The position numbers were made by a program, and so were the translations under genes. Below the pieces are notes generated by a model. That model did not search any database and was not told the origin of the DNA. It saw only the letters and a list, made by a program, of their open reading frames with translations. A stretch of DNA of 64,000 nt. Origin: Lama guanicoe (taxonomy: Eukaryota). Shown one piece after another: positions 14,981 through 26,884 of this stretch. Position 1 is the first letter of the stretch, and the number at the start of each line of letters is the position of its first letter. The stretch spans positions 2,862,508 to 2,926,507 of the forward strand of contig MU053588.1 in NCBI GenBank assembly GCA_013239625.1. The letters are read 5' to 3'.

Positions 14981-15110
14981 GGGGGGAAGGCAGAGCGCAT
15001 ACCTAGCACGCATGAAGTTCTGGGTTCAATCCCCAGTACCTCCATTAAAAATAAATAAATAAATAAAGCTACCTCCCCCAAAACAAAAACATATATAATA
15101 AAATATTTAA
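14981..15110 (+). mobile_element. tRNA-derived SINE (Vic-1-like), A-box region partly deleted
   Basis: GGGTTCAATCCCCAGTACCTCCATTAAAAATAAATAAAT core shared with the copies at 2229 and 35475. Confidence 0.8.
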
Positions 15111-15432
15111 AAGGCAGAAAAAAGGGAGGAGGAGGAGGAAGGTAAGAATGAGACAGGAAGGGGGAAAGAGCAAAGAAAAGCAGCACCAACACTGAGCACA
15201 CGTGCCAGGCCGGGCCTGTTACAACTGTCTGAATTGCAAAATGGCTTTGAATCTTTACAGCAAACCCATTTTACAGATGACAAAACTGAAGCTCAGGAAC
15301 AAGTCCCAAGTCACACAGCTAGGAGGGGACAGAGACTGGGGGGCGCATAGAAGCCTGTCTGATTGAAGAGCCTGGGGCTTGGAGCCGCTCTCCCGCCTCC
15401 CCCAACCCCGTTCTGCACCTTTGCCGTCATAC

Positions 15433-15513
15433 TTGACTGCGCCTCCCTGCTTCAGGATGAAGTGGGCACCTGCCACGTACGGGCCGTATCGCTCCTTGAT
15501 GTAGGTGAAGGAC
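15433..15513 (-). CDS. DMAC2: DMAC2 exon 3
   Basis: cag|GTCCTTC...GTCAA|gtatg. Translates [26 protein letters not shown]. Confidence 0.94.
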
Positions 15514-16887
15514 CTGCCGGGAGGAGAGTGAGGATAAGGCTTGGCAGCACCACACCCGTCGTCAGGCCCCCGCGCTGCTGACACGGTCAGAGTCCACAGC
15601 ACAAGACGCAGGCAGGCAGGCAGGGGGACACACACACTCAGACTGCAAATATTTACTGAGTGCCTGTTAGGTGCTGGGCACCTGGGGACGGTGGTGATCA
15701 AGGCAGATAACCAGCCCTGCCCTTGTGTAGTTATTTCACTGGGGGAAACAAGTAACAAACTGCAGAGTATCAATTCCATGATGATCTTAACACAGAAGAA
15801 CACACTAGGAGTGGCCTGGGTCAGGGGTAGGGACAGAGGAGGCTAATTTAGTTTGGGTGTTAAGAAATGCTTCTTAGGAATAAAGAGTTATATTCAAATG
15901 AAAAGTTCTGTTCTATTTCATGACATGTCATTCTAGCCACATAAAAATAATCTTGAGGAAACTTATTTCAGAATAACAAGAGTTTTCTATTTGTGTAGTA
16001 ATTAATATTCATGCACCTACCGAAACCCAGAAAGCCTGTTTCTGAATGAACTATGAATGTCATCAAAAAATGTAGCAAATATCTCACAGTATAAGAATCA
16101 CTAATAAAAATGATGTAATGATAGGAAAAAAATGAAGAAATGCTTCTTGAAGGAAATGACACTTGAGCAGAGAATGAGTGGGAGAAGGAACGCAGACATC
16201 AAGGCAAGAGTCTGCCAGGCCAAGGAACAGTGAGTGCAAAGGCTTGGAGGCTTGAATTAGGATGGCTGAACGAATAGCAATAAGGCCATCAGCTGACGGG
16301 GTGGGGGGAGTCCCTGGTGGAGGTCTCAAAGTTCAGTATGGGCCAGGTTTTCAGCCTCAGAGTTTGGCTTTTATTCTAGTTGCAACTGGAAACCATTTGA
16401 GGGTTTGAGGCAAAGCGGTCATGTGACCCATTCTGCTCTCTGAAGAGTCCTCTGGCTGCTTTGGAAACTATGACAGACTGTAGGGGCAAGAGGTGACCAG
16501 GTAAGAGATGACCGCTGGGCAAACCTGTGACATTCTAGTATTTTACTGATGGACTGGATGTGGACGGAAGGGATGGAAAGAGAGGAATCAGGGATGACTC
16601 CTCAGAATGTGGCTGTTCACTGGGATGGAGAAGGCTTGGGGTGAGAAGACTTTCTAGGGGGAAATCAAGGGTGTGCCGCTAGCCACATAGTCTGAAGTGC
16701 CAGCTCGAACTCCAAGAGGAGATGGTGGGCGGCAGGCTGCCTTTATGAGCTGGAGTGTGGGAAAGGTGTGAGCTGGAGATGATGCTGCCAAGTGGGCACA
16801 GCCGGCACTGCCTGGAGTGGCAAGGGCAGGGTGGGCACCGACTAGGGAGGCCTGAGCAGCAGGGTCTTGCAGGCCAGGGGTTCTCAC

Positions 16888-17084
16888 CGATTCTTCTGGT
16901 GCACCTTCAACACCTGCTTTTGGAGCAGGTACTCCCTCAAGGCCGCCACGTCATAGAATCGGTCTGCCAGGAACTGGAACAGCGTCCTCTCCTTCCTCTG
17001 ACTGCCCTCCGGGTCCACTGCCCTGCTCAGGCCACGGATGCTGCCGGTACTCCGGTTCCATACCGGGGCCGCCAGGCGCAGGGA
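16888..17084 (-). CDS. DMAC2: DMAC2 exon 2
   Basis: cag|TCCCTGCGC...AATCG|gtgag. Translates [65 protein letters not shown]. Confidence 0.93.
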
Positions 17085-17639
17085 CTGGGGAAGAGGAGAC
17101 GGGAGGAGGGGCTGAGCCTGGAGCCTCCTGTGAGACACACAGTGAGATCCCCCTGTGCTTGCTCCACAAATCCCCCCTCCCCAAAGCTTTCCTGCTCACT
17201 TAATTCTCCATTCAGAACTTCCAAATTCTCTGGGATCCACAAAATTTCCTCATGTTTCCCCCAAGTTCTTCCCCAAATTTTCCTTGATTTGGCCAAATAT
17301 TCTTGGTTTCCCCAAATTCTCCCCCTAATTTCCCCCAAACCCTTATTTCCTCTCAAACCCTCTATTATCTGACCTCTTAGTTTCCCACAAATTCTCCTCT
17401 TAATTTTATCCAGTTCTCCCCAGAATCTTCCTGAATAACACATTCCTTTACCCCAAATATAATCTTTTCTCCAAACCACCCTTAACTTGTTAAAGCTCCC
17501 AAACTCTTCCTTCAATTTCCCCTCCAAAGTTTTCTCTTAGCCTCTTCCATTTCTCCTTTTGCTTTAACAACATTCTCCTGATAATTTTGCCCAAATTCTT
17601 ATTTTCCTTCAAAATTCCTCTTAAGCTCCCAAGCTCACT

Positions 17640-18250
17640 TTATTTATTTTTTAATTGAATGTCATCTAGCTTTTTTTTTGTAATTGAAGTATAGTCCGTT
17701 ATAATGTGTCAATTTCTGGTGCACAGCACAATGTCCCAGTCACACGTATACATACATATATTCGTTTTCATATTCTTTTTCATTTAAGGTTATTACAAGA
17801 TATTGAATATAGTTCCCTGTGCTATACAGAAATCTGCTTTTTTATACCTACTTTTATATATAGTGGCTAACATTTGCAAATCTCAAACTCCCAAATTTAT
17901 CCTTTCCCACCCTCTTCCCTTCTGGTAACCATAAGATTGTTTACTATGTCTGCAAATCTGCTTTGTAGATGAGTTCATTAGTGTCCTTTTTTTCTTTTTT
18001 TTTCAGAGTCCACATATGAATGATATCATATGGTATTTTTCTTTCTCTTTCCAGCTTACTTCACTTAGAATGAAGATCTCCTGGTCTATCCATGTTGCTA
18101 CAAATGGCAATATTTTATTCTTTTTTTTAAATCACTGAGTAGTGTTCCATTGTATAAATATACCACAGCCTTCTTTATCTAGTTATCTGTGGATGGACAT
18201 TTAGGTTGCTTCCATGTCTTGGCTGTTGTATATAGTGCGGCTGTGAACCT
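17640..18250 (-). mobile_element. L1 3' end fragment
   Basis: T-rich tail and typical L1 3'UTR/ORF2-end sequence (catgttgctacaaatggc, gatggacatttaggttgcttccatgtcttggc). Confidence 0.85.
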
Positions 18251-18819
18251 TGCCAACCTCTTACTTTAATTTTTCGTTAAGTCTATCCCTTGATTTTGCC
18301 CATTCTTCCTAAATTCTCTCCACCAATATGGCAAATTCTCCCCTTAATTTCTAATAGGTCCTTCCTTGGAATTCCCAAATTCACCTCTTGGTTCCTGCCC
18401 CCCTTACCCCCATCATCCCTTTGGCTTTCCATCAAAATTCCTAACTCTCCCAAGAGTTGCCCTCACTTGTATCCTTTGGTCCCCTAACCTACGACCTTAA
18501 ATCCCAGTTTCTCGGCCAGTCCCTTCCAAACCCTCATCCCTTGCAGGTCCCACTCTCACCCGCCCGCAGTCGGATCCCCTCCTAACTGGCTGGGCGCGCT
18601 TTCTCAGACCGAACGCCCTGCTTCCCCACTGGTCTCTCTCCTCCGCGGTCTGTGACCCGCACGGATCCTTCCCGACCCCCTGCGGCCACACGTCTCCGCT
18701 CAGCGTGAGAGTTAGAGGGACAGGCCCCCTGCTCCCTCCTGCTCCTTGCTTCCTGGGGGCCGACAGAGGCCCTGAAGGCAGAGGGGCTAATTTTAGGAGC
18801 TCTAGCTGAGGTCACCCAC

Positions 18820-18837
18820 CGTCCTTGGCGCCACCAT
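18820..18837 (-). CDS. DMAC2: DMAC2 (ATP5SL) exon 1 coding part
   Basis: aagATGGTGGCGCCAAGGACG|gtgggt (MVAPRT). The six exons sum to 777 nt (258 aa + stop) in frame. Confidence 0.88.
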
Positions 18838-18960
18838 CTTGTTCAGACTACGTAACCGGAAGGGGCTGGCCTTTTTTCAATCCTACCCATCCGATTCAGA
18901 CTGGGGCGTCTTTTCTCATGGCCACGCCCCCTCCGTTTTCCAACCCTCCTCTTAAAGGAA
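18830..18960 (-). promoter_or_regulatory. DMAC2 CpG-rich proximal promoter
   Basis: YY1-like CCATCTTG over the ATG, ETS ACCGGAAG (18855-18862), SP/KLF GCCACGCCCC (18921-18930), locally high CpG. Confidence 0.6.
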
Positions 18961-19678
18961 CACACACTTTTCACTCTTCTCGGGGTTAAGGATCGGTTGG
19001 CGTCCCTTCTTCCACGGGCCTTAGTATGTGGGACTCCGCAGCGTTTCCCTAGAAGAGGGTGGGCATTCCTTCCTGTTGGAGTACCTTCCTGACCTCCCAC
19101 TGCACTCACAGCCCCCCTCAGCTTTCCTGTTCCTCTAGCTCTGGCTTGCTACCTCCCTAGAAAAGGGAATAATGCGCTAAGAAACTGTTGGCTTCTTTCT
19201 TCAAAGCAGGGTCAGGGACGGGAAAGGTGTGGGTGGTGGGTGTTGAGGTTAGATCTAGGTAGGGGACAGAAGTGGGATCTCAAGACTAGCATTGTGATGT
19301 GTTCACAATTTTAGCTTGGAGTTCAAGGCTAGAACTTGGCGTGAAAATTCAATACGAAGTCTTATGGATAGAATTATTCATTCATTATACAAATATTTAC
19401 TGAGTCTCTACCACGTGGCAGGCACTGTTCTCGGTACTGAGGTTGCCGTGGTAAACAGGGCAGACCAACCTTCTTCGTCAGGAAGTCAACATTCCAGGCA
19501 GAGAGAGGATGGTTAAGAAACAAATGAATAGGCAAGATAATTTCAGACAGTGTTTGATAAGAGGCAAATAAAAACAGGCACTATAAAAGGGAGTGACTGG
19601 GGCATAGGGCCATCGGCAAAGACCTTTGTGAAGAGATGACATTTAAGCGGAAAAACAGCCATTCAGAGATCTGGGGGA

Positions 19679-19765
19679 GTGTCGTATGAAAGAGAGAAGG
19701 TTAGCACTCCCCTTGACAAGGATGAAAGAGTCCCTCGGGCCTGACAATTCGCATCTAACCATCGT
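19679..19765 (+). pseudogene. RNU6ATAC: U6atac snRNA retrocopy with internal deletion (5' part of a U6atac-L1 chimera)
   Basis: GTGTCGTATGAAAGAGAGAAGGTTAGCACTCCCCTTGACAAGGATGAAAGAGTCCCTCGGGCCTGACAA..GCATCTAACCATCGT matches the recalled U6atac sequence from its first nucleotide. Confidence 0.9.
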
Positions 19766-19775
19766 GGGGTTGTTT

Positions 19776-20544
19776 TGCTAAAGAGGGTGTGGAGAAAAAG
19801 GAACCCTCCTACACTGTTGGTGGGAATGTAGTTTGGTACAGCCATTATGGAAAACAGTATGGAGATTCCCCCCCAAAATAAAAATAGACTTACCGTTTGA
19901 TTCAGCAATCCCACTCCTGGGCATATATCTGGAGGGAACTCTAATTCCAAAAGACACATGCACCCCAATGTTCACAGCAGCAATATATACAATAGCCAAG
20001 ACATGGAAGCAAACTAAATGTCCATCAGTAGATGACTGGATAAAGAAGATGTGAGAGATATATATATATTATATATATATATTACTCAACCATAAAAAAG
20101 AATAAAATAATGCCATTTGCAGCAACATGGATAGACCTGGAGATCATCATTCTAAGTGAAGTAAGCCAGAAAGAGAAGAAAAATGCCATATGATATCACT
20201 CTTATGTGGAATCTAAAAAAAAAAAAAAAGACATGAACTTATTACAAAACAGAAACAGACTCACAGAAAATAAACTTATAGTTATCAGCGGGGAAAGGGG
20301 GTGGGAAGGGATAAATTGGGAATTCAAGAGCTGCAGATACTAACTACTATATATAAAATAGAAAAACAATAAGTTTCTTCTGTATAGCACAGGGAACTAT
20401 ATTCAATATCTTGTAGTAACCTATAATGAAAAACAATATGAAAATGAATATATGTATGTATAGGTATAACTGAAATTTATGCTGTACACCAGAAATTAAC
20501 ACAACATTGTAAACTGACTATACTTCAATAAATTAAAAAAAAGA
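19776..20544 (+). mobile_element. 5'-truncated L1 3' end (3' part of the U6atac-L1 chimera)
   Basis: L1 ORF2 C-terminus ([25 protein letters not shown]), 3'UTR, AATAAA and A-tail. TSD AGATCTGGGGGA at 19667-19678 and 20545-20556. Confidence 0.9.
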
Positions 20545-20964
20545 AGATCTGGGGGAAATGTGTTTCAGGCAGAGGTAACAGCTAGTGCAAAGGCTCAGAG
20601 GTGGGACCAGCTTGCAGAGAGAGGTGGGAGACTGGGTCAGAGAGGTGAGCAAGAAGCTGACTACTTTATTCCATTTGCAGGGGCATGATCTGATTTACAT
20701 TTTCTAAGGATCATTTTGCCCAGTGGAAAACAGACCTTAGAGGGCAAGGGGGGAAAGCAGGGTTCAGGGAAGAGGCTACTGCAATAGTCCAGGCAGGAGA
20801 TGAGTCCTGTGGGCAGTAGCAGGAACGGGGCAATGGAAATGGTGAGAAGTGCCCAGGTTATGAGTGTTTTGAGGACAAAGCCAATAGCTTGAGAAACTAA
20901 AAGAATAGTGATGCCATTTATGGAGATGGGGAAACTGGGAAAGCAGCAGGTACAGAAGGGCAGG

Positions 20965-21403
20965 TGTGGTAGGCTGAATAGCACCCCCCCCATCCACATC
21001 TTGATTCCCGGAGCTTGTGAATATGTTACTTTATATGGTAAAGGGAAGATGTGATTAAGCATCTTGAGATGGGGAAGTTATCCTGGATGATCTCGATGGG
21101 CCCAATGTAATCACGAGAGTCCTATTTGGATGGAGGCAGAAGAGTCAAGAAGTAGGAGATGTGATGACAGGTGCAAGAGGTTGGAAGGACGCAGGGAAGG
21201 GCTTATGAGCCAAGGAATGCAGGTGGCTTCTAGAAGCTAAGAAAGGCTAGGAAATGGATTCTTCCCTGGAGCCTCCAGAAGGAACCCGGCCCTGTGGACC
21301 CACTCCAGACTTCTGACCTCTAGAACTATAAGATAACAACTCTATGTTGTTTTAAACCACTAAGTTTGTAGTGATTTGTCACAACAGCAATAGGAAACTA
21401 ATA
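20965..21403 (+). mobile_element. MaLR solo LTR (MLT1-like)
   Basis: Starts tgtggtaggctgaata and ends cagcaataggaaactaata; internal gtgaatatgttac and gagcctccagaaggaac motifs. Confidence 0.75.
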
Positions 21404-22217
21404 GTGGGGTAGGTCTCAGCTGAGAGATCTGTTTTGACCATATTCACCTTGAGATGGCTGAGACGTCCAGGTGGAGATGCTGAGTAAAGGTCTGGGGGTC
21501 AGGACTAGAGTCAGAGACGGGGGAGCCATTGACATATAGGCGGAATTTTCACACCCCTGAAAGAGGGGTTCTAGCTGAGGGTGGCCCACAGTGCATCCTG
21601 ACCTTCTCCGTGGCAGGGCCCAAGACGCTAGTGATAAAGACCGCAGGCAAGTCTAGGGTGGGCGGAACTGGCTGCTCAGCTGTGGGCCAGCAGCCTGGAC
21701 ACCGAGGCACTGCAGCTGAGGAATCGTTCTCTTGGAAGCCACTTCTGGCTCCTCAGGCCCACGGATCAGGGAGCTGTGGGAGGGCCGGAGTGGAGAATAC
21801 AGGTAAAAACCCAGCAGGAGGAAGCCAGAGGTCAAGTGGAGAAGGCTGCAGGGGAGGCTGGGGAAGGAGCAGTGGGAGGGACCCAGGAGGGGGCGGAAAG
21901 GATGAGGCAGCGCATCCACACACCCGGTGAGGGGTCCTGCCTGAGAAGAGTCAGGGACAGTGGTGTCTGATCTCCGCCAAAGGGGCTGTGGTTGGATTCT
22001 TAAGAACAGAGTTTAAGTTAAACTTCAGCATGAAAAACAAACAAAAAAACCAAAACCCACACGAGGCTGCTGATTCTCAGGGGAAAATGGACTTTGGGAT
22101 GCCCAGCCCCCTCCCCCACCCCTACTGCCCTTTACTCCCCTCCCCCCAGCTCCCTGGGGGACTGGGTCACTCTGGACCTTGCTACTTCCTGCTCTTGGCT
22201 GTCACTACCCAAAGACT

Positions 22218-22391
22218 ATGGAGCTGTGGAAGCAGCTGAGGCAGGCTGGACTGGTGCCTCCGGGGCTGGGCCCACCTCCCCGGGCCCTGAGCGGGTTCCC
22301 CCCAGTGGAGAAGGTGGGTCAGACCCTCATGTTCCCAGGGGCTGACACTGGAAGTGCCAGGGAGAGTCTGCTGTGGATCTGGGAGGAGCTG
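22218..22391 (+). CDS. ERICH4: Glutamate-rich protein 4, exon 1
   Basis: ATG...GAGCTG|gtgagt. Translates MELWKQLRQAGLVPPGLGPPPRALSGFPPVEKVGQTLMFPGADTGSARESLLWIWEEL. Synteny with DMAC2. Confidence 0.92.
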
Positions 22392-22479
22392 GTGAGTGAG
22401 GGGTTTGGAGGGGCAAGAGATGGAGGTGGAGAGAATGGATGATTGATGGGGAATGTATGGAAATAAAAAGGCCACAGAT

Positions 22480-22850
22480 TGAAAGACAGAAAGTGAGAGA
22501 CAGGATTAGAGAAGTAGGGGAAGAGACAGACACAGAGAGAGAGAGAGAGAAAAAAAAAGACATGGAGACGGGCACAGCGAGACAGAGACAAGAGATGGAG
22601 AGCAGAGACTGAGAACCACAACAGACTCAGATTAAATCCGAGAGACAGAGACAGACAGAAAGACAGGGACAGAGACAGTTAAGCAGAGACAGAGAGACAG
22701 AGAGGGATAACAAGAGAGGGAGACAGAATAAGAGAGACAAAGAGACAGACTCAAAGACACACAGAGAGAAAGAGAGATGGGGACAGTGAGGGCCAATGGA
22801 ATGGAGAGGCCAAGACAGAGGGAGACAGAGGCAGAGATCAGAGACAGAAG
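22480..22850 (+). repeat. GA-rich low-complexity tract in the ERICH4 intron
   Basis: Degenerate (GAGACA)n/(GA)n runs. Confidence 0.8.
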
Positions 22851-22889
22851 AGGATGGCAGTTAAAGTCCAGGGACACAGTGAGGACTCC

Positions 22890-23345
22890 ACCCACGTGCT
22901 GTGGGCCAGGACCTTTAAAGAAAAGTAATTGATGACACCTGTGAAAGATGGCCAGGCCCTAAGTATGGGGATCCCTGCGGTGGGATTTTGCAGTAAAGGA
23001 GACAGAATGCGCTCAGCTCCGAACACAGCATAGGCAAGAGGAAAATTACAGCCAAGGAGCAGGGGAGGGGTCAGGGGACAGAAAATTCCTAAGAGGAAAC
23101 ATCTGGGGTTAGGGGGGATTCTGGCTAAACCAACCTAGCAGGATTCTTGCTGAAGGCTGGCCCGGGTGAGCAGCCATCACCTGGAGGAGTGGGGAGGGCA
23201 AGGAACCTGATCAGATATTGAGAGAATGATCAGATATGGAGGAGGGGGAGTCTTGCTAAAACTGGATTTCACAAGGAAGTGCTGATGGGCCCAGGAAAAT
23301 GTTCAGGATCCCGTCTAAAGTTTGGTCAGGCAAAGATCTATGCCG
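22890..23345 (-). mobile_element. Old ERV1-type LTR (MER31-like) in the ERICH4 intron
   Basis: gggattttgcagt, gattctggctaaac and aaagtttggtca motifs recalled from MER31-type LTRs; family tentative. Confidence 0.45.
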
Positions 23346-23449
23346 GGGCTTGAGCTGGGAGCCACTCCCACCCAGGGTTCAAGGTGGGGGCACACTAACC
23401 CCTCGCCCTCTGAGGTGGGGTGCCCATGACTCCCCCTTCCCACTCACAG

Positions 23450-23662
23450 GGGAACCTCCGCCGAGTGGATGTCCAGCTGCTGGGCCAGCTGTGCAGCCTG
23501 GGGCTGGAAATGGGGGCGCTTCGGGAAGAACTCGTCACCTTCCTGGAAGAGGAGGAGGAGGAGAGCATCGAGGAAGAGGACAGAGAGCTGGAAGGGAAGC
23601 AGGAGGGGGCCTCGAGCCCTGCCCCAGGCCAACGCCTCCCCGACTTTGAGATGACTATCTGA
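23450..23662 (+). CDS. ERICH4: Glutamate-rich protein 4, exon 2 (128 aa in total)
   Basis: cag|GGGAACCTC. Translates GNLRRVDVQLLGQLCSLGLEMGALREELVTFLEEEEEESIEEEDRELEGKQEGASSPAPGQRLPDFEMTI*. Confidence 0.92.
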   Translation, partial: GNLRRVDVQLLGQLCSLGLEMGALREELVTFLEEEEEESIEEEDRELEGKQEGASSPAPGQRLPDFEMTI

Positions 23663-23954
23663 GGCCCAGCCAATGTGCTTCCGAGGGACACATGAATGAT
23701 ATGCAAGTTTATGCAAAGAAGGTGGGGGGATTTGCAGGTCAAATCAACCTGCCAATGTCGATTTGGAATTGGCGTGCCTTCCTTGAGCAAGAGCTTTTCC
23801 TAAAGATGTCTGAGATGAGATGGAGGTGTTGAGCTGTGGGGGGTGTGTTTGCAGATGATGTGGGAGGTTTGCCGGGAAACTCTAGGTGTATTTGCAGATG
23901 CCCTGCAGATGTGTTGCAGGGGAGACAAGGGTCTTTCCAAATATGATGGAGATG

Positions 23955-25030
23955 TGTGCAGATGGCTGTTGAGCACTTGAAAAGTGGCCAGCCCTAACAG
24001 AGGTGCGCTCTAAGTGTAACATACACGCTGAATTTTAGAGCTTGGTATGATAAACAGAATATTCAGCATTCTGATAGTTGTAAAAATTAATTACATATTG
24101 AAGTGACAATTTTGAGTATGTTGAGATAAATAAAAATATGACTAGAATCAACCTCACCTGTTTATTTTAAACTTTTTTATTGTGGTAGAATACACATTGC
24201 ATAAAAGCTACCATTTTAACCATTTTTAAGTGTACAACTCAGTAGTTAAATACATTCACATTGTGTGAATGTATTTTCCTCTTGCAAAACTGAAACCATA
24301 CTGATTAAACAATAACTCCTCATTCCCCCTTCCCACAGCCCTTGGCAAACACCCTTCTACTTTGTCTGTCTATGAATTTGACTACTCTCGGGACCTCCTG
24401 TGAGTAGGATCACACAGTATTTGTGTTTTGGGGACTGGCTTATTTCACTTGGCATAATATCCTCAAGGTTCATCCATGTTGCAGCATGTATGAGAATTTC
24501 CTTCCTTATTGAGGCTGAATAATATTCCATTGTATGTACAGTCACATTTTGTTTGTCGATGGGCACTTGGATTGTTTCTACCTTTGGGCTATTGTGACTA
24601 ACGTTGCTATGAACAAGCAGGTACAAATATCTATCCAAGTCCCTGCTTTCAGTTCTGTTGGGTATATATACCCAGACGTGGAATCGCTGGGTCGTATGGT
24701 CGTTCTATACCAAATTATCTGAGGAAGTGCCATACTGTTTTCCGCAGTGCCTGTACCATTTGCCACTCCCCTCCAACGGTGCGTGAGAGTCCCGATTTTC
24801 CACCTCCTTGCCAACACTTGTTCTTTTTCTGTTTTTCATGATAGTCATCCTAGTGGATGTGAGGTGGTACCTTACTGTGGTTTTGACTTGCATTTCCCTA
24901 ATGATTAATGATGTTGAACATCTTTTTCTATGCTTATTCATCTACTTCTTTTTATGTTTTTAAATATGACTGCTAGAAAACTTAAAATTACGTAAGTAGC
25001 TCCCGTTGTACTTCTCTTGCGCGGCACTAT
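23955..25030 (-). mobile_element. MER33-like hAT element split by an old L1 fragment (~24170-24940)
   Basis: Halves (tggctgttgagcacttgaaa...cacctgttt and ctagaaaacttaaaattacgta...) flank L1M-type 3' sequence. Confidence 0.6.
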
Positions 25031-25891
25031 TTCAAACGTTTGAAAATGGAATGTGGGTGTGAGCAGATGCGCGGTGAGGATTCATCGATGTTCCCAGACG
25101 CACTGCAGGGCATCACAGCTCCACCTGCAGGAGACAGGAAGATACCTGAGGATGGAAGCCAAGAAGCAGGGCTGCAAATGTAACTCCTGCCCAGTTCCAC
25201 ATTTGTAGAAAAGCTGCCCAGCCCAGCAGGTGGAGGGCTCCAGCCTGAGGAGAGAGCTCTTTGGGGAGCTATCAGAGAATGAAAGAGAATGGGAAAGAGA
25301 AAGAGGGTGGGAAGAGCATAACAAGTAGAAAAATTGCATAAACACAGGTCCTGGATGATCTAGCGGTCTGGCTCCTTGCTATTCAGAGTGTGGTCCATGG
25401 ACCGGCAGGATCAGCGTTGCTGTGGCTATCTACTGCTATATAATAAATGACTGCACACTCAGCTGTTTTAAGCAATGATAACATGTATTTTGCTCATGAA
25501 TCTGCAGTCTGCAAGGGTAACTCCTCTCTGTTCAAAGAAGAGCTGTTGCGCTTCAGCTGGAACCATCTGAAGGCACCACCACTCACATGTCTGGTAGTTG
25601 ATGCTGGCTATGGGCAGGGGCCTCGGTTATGGCATGCATCTCTCTACGCGGGAGAGACTGGCTTTCACACAGTGTGGTGGGTGGGTTCCAAAGGCAAATA
25701 CAAAGAATAGAGAGCCAGGCAGAAGCCATACTGCCTTATAAAACCTAGCCTCAGGTGCCAGGCAGTGACCCTCACCACATTCCACTTGTTGAGGCAACTG
25801 CAAAGGTTCAGGGGATGGGGAAATGGTTTCCACCTTTTTATGGGGGAACACAAGGTTCTGGAAGCGTGTGGGTCAGTGAAATGGAGCAGGG

Positions 25892-26515
25892 TGCTATGGG
25901 GCCCTCCTGGGTATGAAAGCCCCTCCATGTCCCTTATTTCTTGTTTGTAGAAAAAGGCTTTAGTCTCCTAGACCTTCCTTGAGTTGCAAAGAGCAGACTC
26001 AAATAGTTTACTAATTAGGGAAGGAAAGGAATGCAGAAACAAAGGGAAAACAGTCAATCAAGAAAAGTAATGATGGCTTAAACAATGGTTCAGTGATCAA
26101 AAAAAGTGCTAGTTCCTCCTCAGGGGATATACATAATAATTTGATGCACAGCTTTGAGTCGTTCTACAGAAACTAAGACCCCCACCCAGGTGGAGGATGG
26201 TGAGTACATGGACCACAAGCTAGTAGACCCCAGACTGGTTGGAATCAGGTTAGGTTCCTAAAACATCACCCTGTTACCTCACCACCAACCAATGAGAAGA
26301 AAGTCACATACCCTGCAGCCCTAACCCCACATGTTGCCTTTAAAAACCCTTCCCTGAAAGCCACTAGGGAGTTTGGGTCTTTTGAGCACAAGCTGCCCAT
26401 TCTCCTTGCTTGCCACTTGCAAATAAATACTGTACTTTCCTTCACCACAACCTGGTGTCAGTAGATTGGCTTTGTTGTGCAGCGAGCAAGCGGACTCAAG
26501 TTCAGTTCAGTAACA
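25892..26515 (+). mobile_element. ERV solo LTR nested in an MLT LTR, itself inside a MER5A-like element
   Basis: CCAAT, TTTAAAA and AATAAA (~26422) and a terminal ...cagtaaca. The same family occurs inverted at ~36285-36925. The 5' boundary is approximate. Confidence 0.7.
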
Positions 26516-26884
26516 ACAGGAAATACTGCTGTGGTCATTTTTGGAAAACACAATCTGCCACAACATCACCAGGAAGCTTGGTAGATGTGTTGATTCTCAG
26601 GTCTCATCCCCCTCCTGAATCAGAATCTATATTCTGCAAGATTTTTCAGATGCTTCCTTTGCATATTTGATTCAAGAAGCACTGTTCTAAATCACAAACA
26701 CAGCGCTGTTTTGAGCATGAGAGGACATAAGTTTTGAAAGCTCCCTCTAGCTGCTGTGTGGGGCTGGGTTAGAGGGATCTCAAGTGGTGGCTGGATTCAA
26801 GCAACCAAAGAAAAAAACAGATAAATTGGAATTCACTGAAACTAAACAGTACTGTGTATCAAAACATATGATCAAAAGCAAAAA

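Noticed and set aside
19679..19765. Functional U6atac gene
   Set aside because: Internal deletion, fusion to L1, enclosure by a TSD, and no evident upstream snRNA promoter.
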